The notes beneath the pieces were generated by a model that was not told the DNA's origin, made no database searches, and saw only the letters and a list, made by a program, of their open reading frames with translations. From NCBI GenBank assembly GCA_002269645.1, contig NIVC01004733.1, positions 1 through 36,666 on the forward strand: 36,666 bases of DNA, read 5' to 3'. Positions within the stretch are counted from its first letter, which is position 1, and every line of letters begins with the position of its first letter. This DNA comes from Macrostomum lignano (Eukaryota). Below are positions 1 to 12,361 of the stretch, piece by piece. The position numbers and the translations under genes were made by a program.

Positions 1-44
1 AATAGCATCCAGCAATCTGCGCCCTCGTTGGGGCGCCCGTCTCC

Positions 45-315
45 TTAGGTAGGCACCCCTGTCTCCTAGGTAGGCACCCCTGTCTCCTAGGTAGGCACCC
101 CTGTCTCCTAGTTAGGCACCCCTGTCTCCTAGGTAGGCACCCCTGTCTCCTAGGTAGGCACCCCTGTCTCCTAGGTAGGTACCCCTGTCTCCTAGGTAGG
201 CACCCCTGTCTCCTAGGTAGGCGACCCTGTCTCCTAGGTAGGAGACCCTGTCTGCTAGGTAGGAGACCCTGTCTGCTAGGTAGGAGACCCTGTCTGCTAG
301 GTAGGAGACCCTGTC
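45..315. repeat. 21-bp minisatellite (ctaggtaggcacccctgtctc)n, ~13 copies
   Basis: Direct tandem repeats visible; later copies drift to ctgctaggtaggagaccctgt. Confidence 0.95.
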
Positions 316-569
316 TATACTATCCGTGGCCTTTTTGCTTAGTCATTTCGCGCGATAGCAGCGTAGCATGATACGTCGTAGCTTTAGCACCAAGCAGACA
401 AGAGCAAACAGCTGCTAACTTCTCTGCGTTCTCTGAATCTTTTATTTCTTGCTTGAAATTCAATTGAGTTATACTTATACAAAAATGCCGACGATCAGTC
501 TTGCGTTCCTGGCTGCGCCAGCAACTACATAAGCGGTGAAAGGTGCACCGTGTGTATACTTTTCCGGAA

Positions 570-723
570 GTCGAAGTCGTAGTCGAAAAATTAAATTCGC
601 ACTGCTTCAACATTTATTTTTGCGGCATGAACTGGCAAGCAATACTATTATGCTTAATTTAATTATTAAGGCAAATAAGGCGAATTATAAGGCGAATTTA
701 ATTTTTTGACTACGACTTTCGAC
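570..723. repeat. Inverted repeat, ~31-bp arms (gtcgaagtcgtagtcgaaaaattaaattcgc / gcgaatttaattttttgactacgactttcgac), possible MITE remnant
   Basis: Arms 570-600 and 692-723 are near-perfect reverse complements. A GACGTC-rich tract follows to ~832. Confidence 0.65.
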
Positions 724-1130
724 GTCGGCCCGACGTCCGACCAATAGGAAACACGTAATGTTACATAGACGTCGTACGACGTCGGTCAGAGGTCGGTGCG
801 ACGTCGGCCGACGTCGGATTGTTGTACGGGATTAAACTTTAATTTCTATTAATTTATTATACACATCGCTTCACAAGCAAAAAGGCCACTAAAACGATAG
901 ACATATACACTCAAAGCGGCCTTTTTAGAATTCTGCCAATATTTGCAAGTGCAACATCCTGTGTTGCTTATAGTATAGTATTCCATGGAAATTTACTGGA
1001 GGGGAAAGCTACAGAGAGCAATCAAAAGTAATAGGAAAAACACGTTGCAGAAAACCTATTATTATCCTGTTAGTCCGTTAGTCCGACGTTCCGAATGAAT
1101 AGACCATTCGTGGTGGCCGATTAACGCTTT

Positions 1131-1491
1131 GGGGGGGGGGTTCACAAACTCGAAATTTCACGTCGAAAGCACCTCTTTCACAAGGTCGAAAACTCAAATA
1201 GCAGCCACTTTCACAAGGTCGAAACTTCACAAGGTCGAAATTTTACAGCATCGAAAACTTTAGCAAGGCACTTCATAAGGTCGAATTTCACAAGGTCTAA
1301 ATTTCACAACGTAAAAACAACTGCATGGTTCTTGTTATACTAAGTTTTCGATTGACGTTGTGAAATTTCGACCTTATGAAGCCCCTTGCTAAAGTTTTCG
1401 ATGTTGTGAAATTTCGACCTTGTGAAGTTTCGATCCTGTGAAATAATTTACTTCTCGACGTTGTGAAATTTCAACCTTATGAAAGCACCCC
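1131..1491. mobile_element. Palindromic MITE, Mutator(MULE)-like, built of ttcacaaggtcgaaa subrepeats
   Basis: The left half (ttcacaaggtcgaaa units) mirrors the right half (tttcgaccttgtgaa units). Ends are GGGG...CCCC. Flanks ttaacgctt / ttcacgctg match at 7 of 9, consistent with a decayed 9-bp TSD. Same family as 2940-3165. Confidence 0.7.
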
Positions 1492-2399
1492 TTCACGCTG
1501 GCCAGATTTTAGATCTAATTACTAAACGGATATTAAAACAAAGTCTTTGACAAACGGATATCTAGAGATGCAAGAAACTTAATTATTTTTATTGGTGTAT
1601 GGCATTGAGACTAACATAGCTCACTTAGCAATTCGATATAGTCAGACTTCTTTCTTTGCCACAATTTTAAAATGAGCCATCTTTCGAAGCCTGCAGGGCC
1701 TTCGCCGACCTACAACCTATAAAAATTGAGCTGTAAGCGTTGTACCTCGGATCTCTCATTAAAATAATAGGAGACTGCGGTCTACAAAGTTCGTTTATTT
1801 TTTTCTAACTTACAGGCTTTCTTTGAAGGATTCACACGTGCTCTCTTACATATAAGATTTCTCGTTCAGTGATACTGACAAGCTGATAGGCCTATAGCTC
1901 TGTTGATCTTTTGAATCTAAATAAAACGCATAGTTCAGTATACTTTATAGGATTAGTTAAGAAAGTAAGCAAAAAAATTTGGATTTTTTTAATAACTTCA
2001 CCAATGTTGTGTCCTATATAAACCAAAGACCTTAGTTTATGCCATGATTGTATTGTATGCCAAGTGCATCAAGGAGCCCTTGTGTGTGTTATACTGTGTT
2101 ATATATTTGGATTTATGGTTTTATTGTCAGTTTGGCACTTGGTACTCTTGGCTTTCCTAAAACATTCCCTGTTTTAGTGAATTTTTTTTGTTCTAATTCT
2201 TGTATATTTACAATTATAATATAAATGTATGTAGCACCTTTTTGTGGGCTTTGGTATTTTAAAACAAGGAATATAAACAGTGAAAACAAAGATAAAAGCA
2301 AGGCAAAAGAGGCTAATTGGTAAATATAAATGCCTTCTAAATTTGCTCAAGGTAGGCTATAGGCTAAATTGATACACAATAAGGTTTATATATGAGTAC

Positions 2400-3781
2400 T
2401 AGGGATATTGACCCCGGGGAGTGCTCCCCGGGGCCCCGGGGAGCTTGTCGGGGAATACTCCCTGGCATACATGCGCAACAGTCAGCCGAGTCGGCCGATC
2501 CGGCCGACCGATCTGGCGGCCAACCAAGGAAGTCGCAAAAATGCCCACCCGAAAAAATAACCAAGTAGTAGTACTAAGTAGCTGATGAGGCATTTTGGCT
2601 TAATAAGACAGTCATAGTTACTCCTGCCGTTTACCCAAAGTTGCGTTAATTTTGCATTAGGGTTTTTTTTACATGTAAGTCGCATTTTTGGCCAAAAACT
2701 ACGTCACATTTTTGTTGAAACTAAGTCGCATGGCCGACCAAATTTCGGAGGTTGCGCATGTATGCTCCCTGGGAAATTAGACTGGGGACCCCGGGGAGAA
2801 AAAAAAGCATTTTTAACTTAATTTTTGCCATTTAAATAAAAAAATCATTCACAGAAAGCTGATTGAAACTCTGTCTATGCTTTTTTACCGCAAAACTGCT
2901 TATTTCAATGTATTATTTCAAACACAACACGTTTGAATAGGGGGGGGGGTTCATAAGACCAAAATTTCACAATGCCGAAACACCATACTTCACAAGACCG
3001 AAACTTCATAAGACCAAAATTTCACATTGTAGAAAACTTAATACAGTAAGGATTGTATTGCATGCAGAATTTTCGGCGTTGTGAAATTTGGTCTTATGAA
3101 GTTTCGGTCTTGTGAAGGGTAGTGCTTTTCGGCATTGTGAAATTTTGGTCTTATGAAAGCGACCCGTTTGAATGTTTTTTTTCACTATTAGTCTTTCAAT
3201 CAAGCAAATTGAACGTACGAGCGTAGAAACCCGTCAGGAAAAAAGCCTTATTAACTATTGTGTTGGTCTGCGTTGACGGCTTGACGCATTTGACGCAGGC
3301 ACAGCGCTGTGTCCTGCGTCAGTCACTGACGCATAGGGGGGTGTCATACAATAACAAAATACTCCCTATTAGACAGGACAAAATGGTGATTTACATGTAT
3401 CTACAAGAAATTAAAATTCCGATTAAAAACAGTCTCATTCATTAATTATCCTCCCACGAGTGTAGCTGCTGAGTATACATTTTCCGCCTCCAGAGTCTGG
3501 ACCCTTTCTGATAAAGGTGCGTGCACGATTTGGTGATGCCACGTTGTCAAATACAGTTTAAACAAACATTGCTTAAAGTTTTTACCCTTGCGCCTTGAAC
3601 GTGTAGTCTATCCAAAGCTTTTATCAAAGTTTAAAAAACGCCACTTAATGACTTAAGATCTAAGTTATCTGCCGTTTTTACTTATTTTTTCTTTTCCCCG
3701 GGGTCCCCGGGGTCCCTGGGGAATGACAGTAAATTCCCCGGGTCCCCAATAAGAAAATTCCCCGGGGAATCGACATCCCTA
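2400..3781. mobile_element. Non-autonomous hAT-like DNA transposon (1382 bp) with 8-bp TSD ATGAGTAC
   Basis: Imperfect TIRs (tagggatattgaccccgggg / ccccggggaatcgacatcccta). Identical 8-bp flanks atgagtac at 2392-2399 and 3782-3789. TAGGGAT terminus plus 8-bp TSD is typical of the hAT/Ac superfamily. CCCCGGGG subterminal motifs. No transposase ORF. Confidence 0.88.
2940..3165. mobile_element. MULE-like MITE nested inside the hAT element
   Basis: TIRs ttcataagaccaaaatttcacaatgccgaaa / tttcggcattgtgaaattttggtcttatgaa. Flanks gtttgaata (2931-2939) and gtttgaatg (3166-3174) give an 8/9 TSD match. Confidence 0.8.
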
Positions 3782-3904
3782 ATGAGTACAGTGCAAAGTG
3801 AAAATAGGATTTTGTCATCTATGCAATTAGAAAATAGAAAAAAATATTGTGGAATTCATGAGCAAGAAATCAATTAAAGATTGGAACTGTAGTTGATATT
3901 TTTA

Positions 3905-4500
3905 GGGATCTGAAGTTGAGATTATTGGGGATCTAAAGTTGAGATTATTGGGGATCTAAAGTTGAAGTTTTTTTTGGGGATCTGAAATTGAGATTATTGG
4001 GGATCTGAAGTTGAGATTATTGGGGACCTGAAGTTAAGATTATCGGGGATCTTAAGTTGAGATTATTGGGGATCTTAAGTTGAGATTATTGGGGATCTGA
4101 AGTTGAAGTTTTTTGGGGATCTGAAATGAGATTATTGGGGATCTGAAGTTGAGATTATCGGGGATCTGAAGTTGAGATTATTGGGGATCTGAAGTTGAGA
4201 TTATTGGGATCTAAAGTTTAAATTATTGGGGATCTGAAGTTGAGATTATTGGGGATCTGAAGTTGAGATTATTGGGATCTAAAGTTTAAATTATTGGGGA
4301 TCTGAAGTTGAGATTATTGGGGATCTGAAGTTGAGATTATTGGGGATCTGATGTTGAGATTATTGGGGATCTGAAGTTGAGATTATTGGGGATCTGAAGT
4401 TGAGATTATTGGGGATCTGAAGTTGAGATTATTGGGAAACTGAAGTTTCGGTTTTTTACAATCTAAAATTGAGATTTTTGAGGATCTGAATTTAGGATTT
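3905..4500. repeat. 23-bp minisatellite (gatctgaagttgagattattggg)n, ~25 copies
   Basis: Direct tandem repeats visible. Confidence 0.95.
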
Positions 4501-4899
4501 AAAGATCTTGTAAAGTTGTAACCAGAACTGGGAAATTATAATTGAGTTTCTGGCATCTGAAAATGCAAATTATTTAAGTTTTATGTTAGCCTTACTAATA
4601 GTAGCACAATTCTACTTATTCAGCAATTTTTATTTAAAAAATAAAAGGACAACAAAAACTACGAGTAGAATAAAATTCTTCTTGCACAAGATGCATCATC
4701 CTGGTTTCCCGGGTATCAATCCTTTAATTCTAAGTTTAATGTTTGAAACTTTAATCGTTAGTAAAACTGCAAATGGTTAAAAACTGTTTACTGGAAAAAA
4801 TTAGAAAAATGACAACTGTACTATGCTGCATACTGTACAAACAGTGAATATATGCGCTACTGTAGTGTACAGTGCATTGATTGGGGTGTACACTTCAAG

Positions 4900-5611
4900 T
4901 TCAGCCAGCAAGGATAGAGGGGAGAGAGAGAAGGAAGGGAACGGGGAGAGAGTGGGTGTGAAATATGTGGCATCGCCTCTTTGGATTTGCATGGGTCCGG
5001 ATGTGACTTGGCCTGTCTGCCCCAGCTAGGACTTGTGCGAATTTGGGTTTTTGGCTAAGTACACAGCTTAAGGCAGGGCTGGACTGTCTTTCTAGCTGCT
5101 AGCTAACAGGAGACTAAAAATAGCTCTTTCATAGCGTCATTTCACTTGCCTGCAAGCACTCTGTGCTACGCCCCATATCTCCTTTTCTCTCTCTCTACCC
5201 CTATAAGCTGAATGTATAACATCTATAATATACCGAAGTGTAGTTTATAAGCTAGCACCGTCTTTCCCTCAGTGTAGCTCGGCTTCTTTTCCTCTCTACA
5301 CAGATAAGAAATAGGGATAGAGAAAGAGAGAACTGAGAAGGGCGAGAAAGAGAGACAGAGAGACTCGCAGAGTACAGTTGGGAACTGCCTGCTCACCAAC
5401 TCTATTCGCTTACCCTCTCCACCCGCTCTCTGCCTGACCCTTGCTGCGCTTGCGTACTTGCACAGAAAACAAGGTAAGAGTGACACACAAACCGGCTTAT
5501 GGGTAGAGAGATTCAGATTGTAAGAGAGGAGAGAGAAGAGAGGCATATAGAGAGAATTTCTCAGTCTGTTCAGCCGTAGCTAAGAGTAAAGAGGGTGACT
5601 GCTAGTCCAGG
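4900..5611 (+). promoter_or_regulatory. GA/CT-rich putative UBA1 promoter / 5' UTR exon region with donor ccag|GTGAGT at 5611
   Basis: GAGA-rich tracts upstream of UBA1. Strong 5' splice site at 5611 and 3' splice site tttgttttttag at 5932. Confidence 0.4.
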
Positions 5612-6031
5612 TGAGTTTCTCTCGCATCTGCCATAGGTTATATCCTCCTCCCCCTTGGTCTGCCCAACAGAATTAGACAGCTTTAAACTGGGCCTTATAA
5701 AGTAGCCAGCTGTCTGCTACTAGCTCAGCATCCTTCAAGCTTCATCAGAGAGCCAGAGTGAAATATAGATAATCCGATAGACCAACATATCTAATTACAT
5801 TTTATATGTATAGAGATTTTAAAGCCGCTAGACTACAACAGGTATTATACACATTATAAATATTTATCAATGACCTTTGTAATGTACATATACTATATAT
5901 AATATTACTAAATATGTACTTTTGTTTTTTAGACAGCGGCATCGCAGGCTACAGCAACAGGAGACGAACGCTCGAACGGTACCGGTTCACAGCAGCAGCA
6001 ACAGCAAGCCAACGGTTCCAGCGCTAACAGC

Positions 6032-9000
6032 ATGTCTAACAATAGCCGATCAGCTGTTAACGGCACCAACGGTGTCGAGATAGACGACTCGCTGTACAGT
6101 CGGCAGCTGTACGTGCTCGGTCACGAAGCTATGCGCAGTATGGCCACATCCAATGTGCTCATCTGCGGCCTGCGCGGTCTGGGCATTGAGATTGCTAAGA
6201 ATGTCATCCTCGGCGGAGTGAAGTCGGTCAGCCTGATGGACAACTCGCTGCCAGATTGGTCAGACCTCACTAGCCAGTTCTACATTGACGAGTCAGATAT
6301 TGGCGGCCCGAAATCCCGGGCTCAAATTTGTCTGCCTAAGCTGGCCGAACTCAACAATTATGTTCGAGTATCGGCGCTTGAAGGCGAACTAACTGAGGAT
6401 GCGATTAAACAGTTCCGAGTTGTAGTGCTGACTGACTGGCCAATGGCTGAGCAGTTGCGCATTAATCAGGTGTGCAGGAAGCATGGGGCCAGGTTTATTA
6501 CCGCCTCTGCTGCCGGCCTGTTTGGCGGCATCTTCTGCGACTTTGGCGATGCGTTCTCCGTTACTGACAAGAATGGCGAGCCGTGCAAGAATTTCATAGT
6601 AGACTGGATTGAGCAATCGGCAGATGGGACTGTGACCTGCGCTCAGGACTCTAGGCACGATCTGGAGGATGGGGACTATGTCACCTTCACTGGGGTGCAG
6701 GGCATGACCCCGTTGAATGGCTGCGCTCCACGGAAAGTGCAGGTGAGTTGTGCCACGCTGGCTCTGGGTTTGAGAAGAATGTTTTAGAATATTTAAAACG
6801 ATTAAAAATCTCTCCCAAATCCACAAGAATCACTCATAAATCCAACTAAAATTATTAATAAATCCACCTAAAAAATCTCCTAAATTCTCGTAAGAATCGC
6901 TCCTAAATGCCCCTAAGAATCGCTCCTAAATATACCTAAAAATCCCTCCTAAATACACCTAAGAATCGCTGCTAAATATACCTAAGAATCGCTCCTAAAT
7001 ACACCTAAGAATCGCTCCTAAATATACCTAAGAATCGCTGCTAAATATACCTAAGAATCGCTCCTAAATAGACCTAAAAATCGCTCCTAAATACACCTAC
7101 GAATCGTTCCTAAATCTGCTAAGAATCGCTCTTATAAATCCATCTAAAAGTCACTTCTAAATCCTCTTAAGAATCACTCCTAAATCCCACTCGAATCGTC
7201 CATAAAATTAAATAGAAAAAAACACCCGTTTCAAGGACGTTTCGTCAGTTCACATTAATTTCCCAGGCTATGTACGCAAAGGTATTGCTTAGCTAGCATT
7301 TCCTCAGTATCAATTTTCTGCATTCCGCACTACATCAGTACCAAGTGCGGCCTGTTAAAGTTTAGTCAATTACTGTGCACTAGTGACTGTCTGCCCCATG
7401 GCAGACCCAATGAGTTCAAGTATAAAAATAGATCTTCGTATATTTTTGCGTCAGTTTTACTACACCAAAAGTAAATTTCGATTGTCATGTACCTTGTTTA
7501 TTACTCTACTAAGAGTAGAAATATGAAAATATGAAAACTAAATTTTCAGGTGGTGAACCCAAGCAGATTCAAAATCGGCGACACTAGCGGATTCCCGCCC
7601 TACGAGAAGGGCGGGTATTGCAAGGAAGTGAAAATGCCGGAACAGATCAGCTTTAAATCTCTGCAGGATGCATTGGCTAGTCCCGAGTTTGTCATCACGG
7701 ACTTTGCCAAGTTTGACAGGCCGGCACAGATTCACGCACTGTTCCAGGTAATTTTTATTTCACTTAAATAATCACTGCATATCTCAGCCACGGATCTATC
7801 AATCATCAGCTCATATCTATCAAACTGATCTATCAATCATCAGCTGACATCTATCAAACTGATCTATCAGTCATCAGCTGACATCTATCAAACTGATCCA
7901 TCAATCACCAGCTGACATCTATCAAACTGATCTATCAATCATCAGCTCAAATCTATCAAACTGATCTATCAATCATTAGCTGACATCTATCGCACTGATC
8001 TATCGTGCAACTATCAATCCCCAGGCCCTGTCCGAGTTCGAATCCCGCCATTCGGGCCGCCGGCCGGAGCCCGGCAACGCCGCGGAAGCCGCCGAGCTGG
8101 CCAGAATCGCTGAGGAGATCGCCAAGCGCCAGGGTCTCGAGCCCGCCCCCGACCCCAAACTGGCGGCCACCTTCGCTCAGGTCAGCTCGGGTCAGCTGGC
8201 CCCGGTCCATGCCGTGATTGGCGGCACAGCCAGCCAGGAAGTGATGAAGGCCTGCTCTGGCAGGTTCAATCCTATCAGACAGTTTCTGTACTTTGACGCG
8301 CTCGAATGCTTGCCCGAAGGTGCCGCACCCTCGGTGGCGCCAGCCGACGGGAAGCGGTACACCGGCCAGACTGCCGTGTTTGGTGACGAATTTCAGGTGA
8401 GCCAGTTTTCTAATTTATTTATTTTCCGAAATCCATGACATCTATAAGCATTTGCGCTACTTTAGATGGCTTAGTGTCATTAGCTCGTAATTGTGAAATA
8501 GTTAGTCCCCAAATGGCAGGTGTCATTAATCCTCTATTGCCCAAATGCATTAATCCCTAAATTACAGGTGTCATTAATCCTCTATTGCCCAAATGCATTA
8601 ATCCCTAAATGGCAGGTGTCATTAATCCTCTATTTTAAAATTCATTAATCCCTAAATGACAGGTGTCATTAATCCTCTATTTTAAAATTCATTAATCCCT
8701 AAATGACAGGTGTCATTAATCCTCTATTGCCCAAGTGCATTAATCCCCAAATGACAGGTGTCATTAATCCTCTATTGCCCTAATTCTTAACCCCCAAATG
8801 ACAGGTGTCATTAATCCTCTATTGCCCAAATGCATTAATCCCCAAATGGCAGGTGTCATTACTCCTTTATTGCCCAAATGCATTACTCCCCAGATGACAG
8901 GTTTCATTAATCCTTTATTCCCCAACTTCTTTAATCCTCTATTGCCCAAATGCATTAATCCCCAAATGACAGGTGTCATTAATCCTTTATTCCCCAAATT

Positions 9001-12000
9001 CATTAATCCCCTTATGGCAGGTGTCTTTAATCCTCTTTTGCCCAAATCAATTATTCTCCTTCCATCTGACAACTCACTTCAGTCTCGCCTCGGCTCCGCC
9101 CGAGTGTTCCTGGTTGGCGCAGGCGCTCTGGGCTGCGAGCTGTTGAAAAACTTCGCCCTGATGGGCATCGGCACCGGCAGCCGCGGTGGTCAGGTGATCG
9201 TCACCGACATGGACCGGATCGAGAAGAGCAATCTGAACCGGCAGTTCCTGTTCCGGCCCTGGGACATTGGCCGCGCCAAGTCCACAACTGTCGCCAAGGC
9301 TGCCATCAGGATGAATCCGAATTTCAAAGTCGAATCGCAGGAGAATCGAGTCGGTCCAGAGACCGAGGCCATCTATACCGATGATTTCTTTGAAAACCTC
9401 ACCGTTGTTGTCAACGCATTGGACAACGTCGAGGCCAGGACTTACGTTGATCGGCGTTGTGTTTATTATAGGAAGCCGCTGATGGAGTCCGGCACCACAG
9501 GGACCAAAGCCAACACTCAGGTTGTGCTGCCGTTTCTCACCGAGTCCTACAGCAGCTCGCAGGATCCGCCGGAGAAAACCACGCCAATTTGTACTCTGAA
9601 GAATTTCCCCTACCAGATTGAGCACACTATTCAGTGGGCTAGGTGAGTTGCCGTTTTTCACAATCACAGGTGCCATTTTTCTTTAATCACGGGTGCCATT
9701 TGTCTTAATCACGGGTGCCATTTTTCTTACTCACGGGTGCCATTTTTCTTAGTCACGGGTGCTACTTGTGTTAGTCACGGGTGCCATTTTTCTTAATCAC
9801 GGGTGCCATTTTTCTTAATCACGGGTGCCATTTGTCTTAGTCACGGGTTCCAGTTTTATTAATCACGGCTGTCATTTTTATTAATCACGGCTGTCATTTT
9901 TATTAATCACGGCTGTCATTTTTATTAATCACGGGTGTCATTTTTATTAATCACGGCTGTCATTTTTATTAATCACGGGTTCCAGTTTTATTAATCACGG
10001 CTGTCATTTATATTAATCACGGCTGTCATTTTTATTAATCACGGGTGTCATTTTTTATCACGGGTTTATTATTAATCACGGGTTCCATTTTTATTAATCA
10101 CGGTGCTATTTTTTTAAAGTCACAGGTGTATGAATTATAATTGCCAATATTTTGAGTTATTTTTTACTTTTCACCCAGGGATTACCTGGAGGGCGTGTTC
10201 TGCCAACAGTCGCAGACTCTGCACCAGTTCCTTCACGATCCCACATTCATGGAGCGAACCCTGGCTCTGCCCGGCAACCAGGGCATTGAGACGCTGGAGG
10301 CCATCAAGACCAACCTGTTGGACAAGCGGCCGAAAGATTTTGCCGACTGCATCACCTGGGCCAGGATGCAGTTTGAAGAGATCTTTAACAATCAGATTCG
10401 GCAGCTGTTGTTCAACTTTCCGCCTAACCAGGTTTGTGCGGTTTTAATTGGTGTCAACCTTGGTTGACCTCAGTCCCATTGTGTGACCGTCCGTTATAGA
10501 AGACTTCTGCACTCAATTGATCCCAACCCCCTGCGTGGAATGCCTTCAGGTGACCCTATCTCTACCCCATTGATATCTTCATGTGACCCCATCTACTGCA
10601 CAATGTCCTCAGGTGACCTCATCTACCCCACAATGTCCTCAGGTGACCCCATCTACCCCACAATGTCCTCAGGTGACCCCATCTACCCCACAATGTCCTC
10701 AGGTGACCCCATCTACCCCACAATGTCCTCAGGTGACCCCATCTACCCCACAATGTCCTCAGGTGACCCCATCTACCCCACAATGTCCTCAGGTGACCCC
10801 ATCTACCCCACAATGTCCTCAGGTGACCCCATCTACTCCAAAATGTCCTCAGGTGACCCCATCTACCCCAAAATGTCCTCAGGTGACCCCATCTACTCCA
10901 AAATGTCCTCAGGTGACCCCATGTACCCCAAAATGTCTTCAGGTAACCCCATCTACCCCACAATGTCCTCAGGTGACCCCATCTACTCCAAAATGTCCTC
11001 AGGTGACCCCATCTACCCCACAATGTCCTCAGGTGACCCCATCTACCCCACAATGTCCTCAGGTGACCTCATCGGGCGCTCCGTTCTGGAGCGGCGTGAA
11101 GAAGTGCCCAACTCCGCTGTCCTTCGACGCGGCCGACCCGACCCACTGCGAGTTCGTCACCGCCGCCGCCAACCTTCGCGCTTTCGTGTTCGGCGTCCCC
11201 GGGGCTTTCGGCGATCGCAAAGCCATCGGCCAGCTGGCGGGTTCCATCCGTGTGCCCGAGTTCGTGCCCCGGTCGGGCGTCCGCATAGCAACCAACGACA
11301 CGGAGCTGCAGAGCCAGCTGTCCGTGTCCTCCTCGACCGAGCCGGACGCGCTGGACAATCTGGCCAAGGATCTGCTCGAAGCCAAGTCGCAGTTCGCCGC
11401 CTCCGGCCTCGCCGACTCCGTCCGAGTGGTGGAATTCGAGAAAGACGACGACTCGAACTATCACATGGATTTTATTACCGCTTGCAGCAACCTGAGGGCG
11501 GCCAACTACGATATTGAGCAGGCCGACCGGCACAAGACTAAACTCATTGCCGGCCGCATTGTGCCCGCCATCGCCACCACAACCTCCGTAGCTGTCGGCC
11601 TGGTCTGCCTGGAGCTCTACAAACTGCTGCAGGGTCGGCAGAAGCTCGAGGACTACAAGAACGGCTTCTTGAATCTGGCGCACCCGTTCTTCGCCTTCTC
11701 CGAGCCGCTGCCGCCTGCCAAGCACAAGTATCACGACACCGAGTTCACCCTGTGGGATCGGTTCGAGATTGACGGCGACATGACTGTGCAGCAGTTGATT
11801 GATCATTTCCAGGTGAGTCTCCACTTAGTCTCTGGTAATTTTCTTCACTGTCTCAGTGTGAGCTTCAACTGTTATTGATTTCTTATTTGTAGGAGAAGCA
11901 CAAGCTGGAGGTGACCATGATCACCCAGGGCATCTCCATGCTGTTCTCCTTCTTCATGCCGCCTGCCAAGAAGAAGGCTCGGCTCGGCTGCGAGTGAGTT

Positions 12001-12057
12001 GCAGGCTTTCATACTGCCTGACTGTGTCTGTCTGTCTCTATCTATCTATCTGTCTGT

Positions 12058-12141
<84 letters not shown>

Positions 12142-12361
12142 ATCAGTGTCCGCCAGTCTGTCAGTGAATCCTCAAGAGTCCCAGCCGCTCAGCTCTCCCT
12201 CCCGCCCCCGCAACCGCAGGATCTCTAAAGTGGTGGAGGAGGTCACCAAGAAGCCGATCCCGGCGCACGTCAAGAGCCTGGTCATCGAGCTGTCCTGCAA
12301 CGACAGCGAAGGCGAAGACGTTGACGTGCCCTACGTGAAGTACAACCTGCCCGGCAAGTGA
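6032..12361 (+). CDS. UBA1: Ubiquitin-activating enzyme E1, 8 coding exons, ~1028 aa
   Basis: Exons 6032-6742, 7550-7747, 8025-8396, 9083-9642, 10179-10431, 11063-11812, 11893-11993, 12220-12361 join in frame (3087 nt) with GT..AG introns. Motifs: [17 protein letters not shown]-binding VGAGALGCE, catalytic [19 protein letters not shown]-terminal UFD ending VDVPYVKY. Confidence 0.97.
6800..7200. repeat. 23-bp minisatellite (cctaagaatcgctcctaaataca)n in UBA1 intron 1
   Basis: Direct tandem repeats, degenerate at the edges. Confidence 0.9.
7790..8015. repeat. 34-bp minisatellite (tcaatcatcagctgacatctatcaaactgatcta)n in UBA1 intron 2
   Basis: About 6 tandem copies running into the 3' splice site ctatcaatccccag. 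Confidence 0.9.
8510..9050. repeat. 48-bp minisatellite (aaatgacaggtgtcattaatcctctattgcccaaatgcattaatcccc)n in UBA1 intron 3
   Basis: Tandem copies; explains the repetitive [16 protein letters not shown] prefix of ORF 8798-9646. Confidence 0.92.
9660..10110. repeat. 22-bp minisatellite (ttttattaatcacgggtgccat-type)n in UBA1 intron 4
   Basis: Direct tandem repeats visible. Confidence 0.92.
10550..11068. repeat. 30-bp minisatellite (caatgtcctcaggtgaccccatctacccca)n, 16 copies, overlapping the UBA1 intron 5/exon 6 junction
   Basis: CAG|GTGAC/GTAAC occurs every 30 bp from 10612 to 11062. The last copy is the junction that gives the conserved [11 protein letters not shown]. Confidence 0.95.
12020..12140. 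repeat. (CCTG)n(TCTG)n microsatellite in UBA1 intron 7
   Basis: Seen directly. Confidence 0.95.

Noticed and set aside
8030-8060. tRNA T-arm-like GAGTTCGAATCCCG (also GGTTCGAATC near 36120-36135, minus strand)
   Set aside because: Both lie inside coding exons, and no cloverleaf, D-arm or anticodon arm can be built.
8798-9082. In-frame 48-bp-repeat extension upstream of UBA1 exon 4
   Set aside because: The AG|GT sites in these units are phase 1 while exon 3 ends in phase 0, so their use would frameshift. The conserved protein resumes at 9083.
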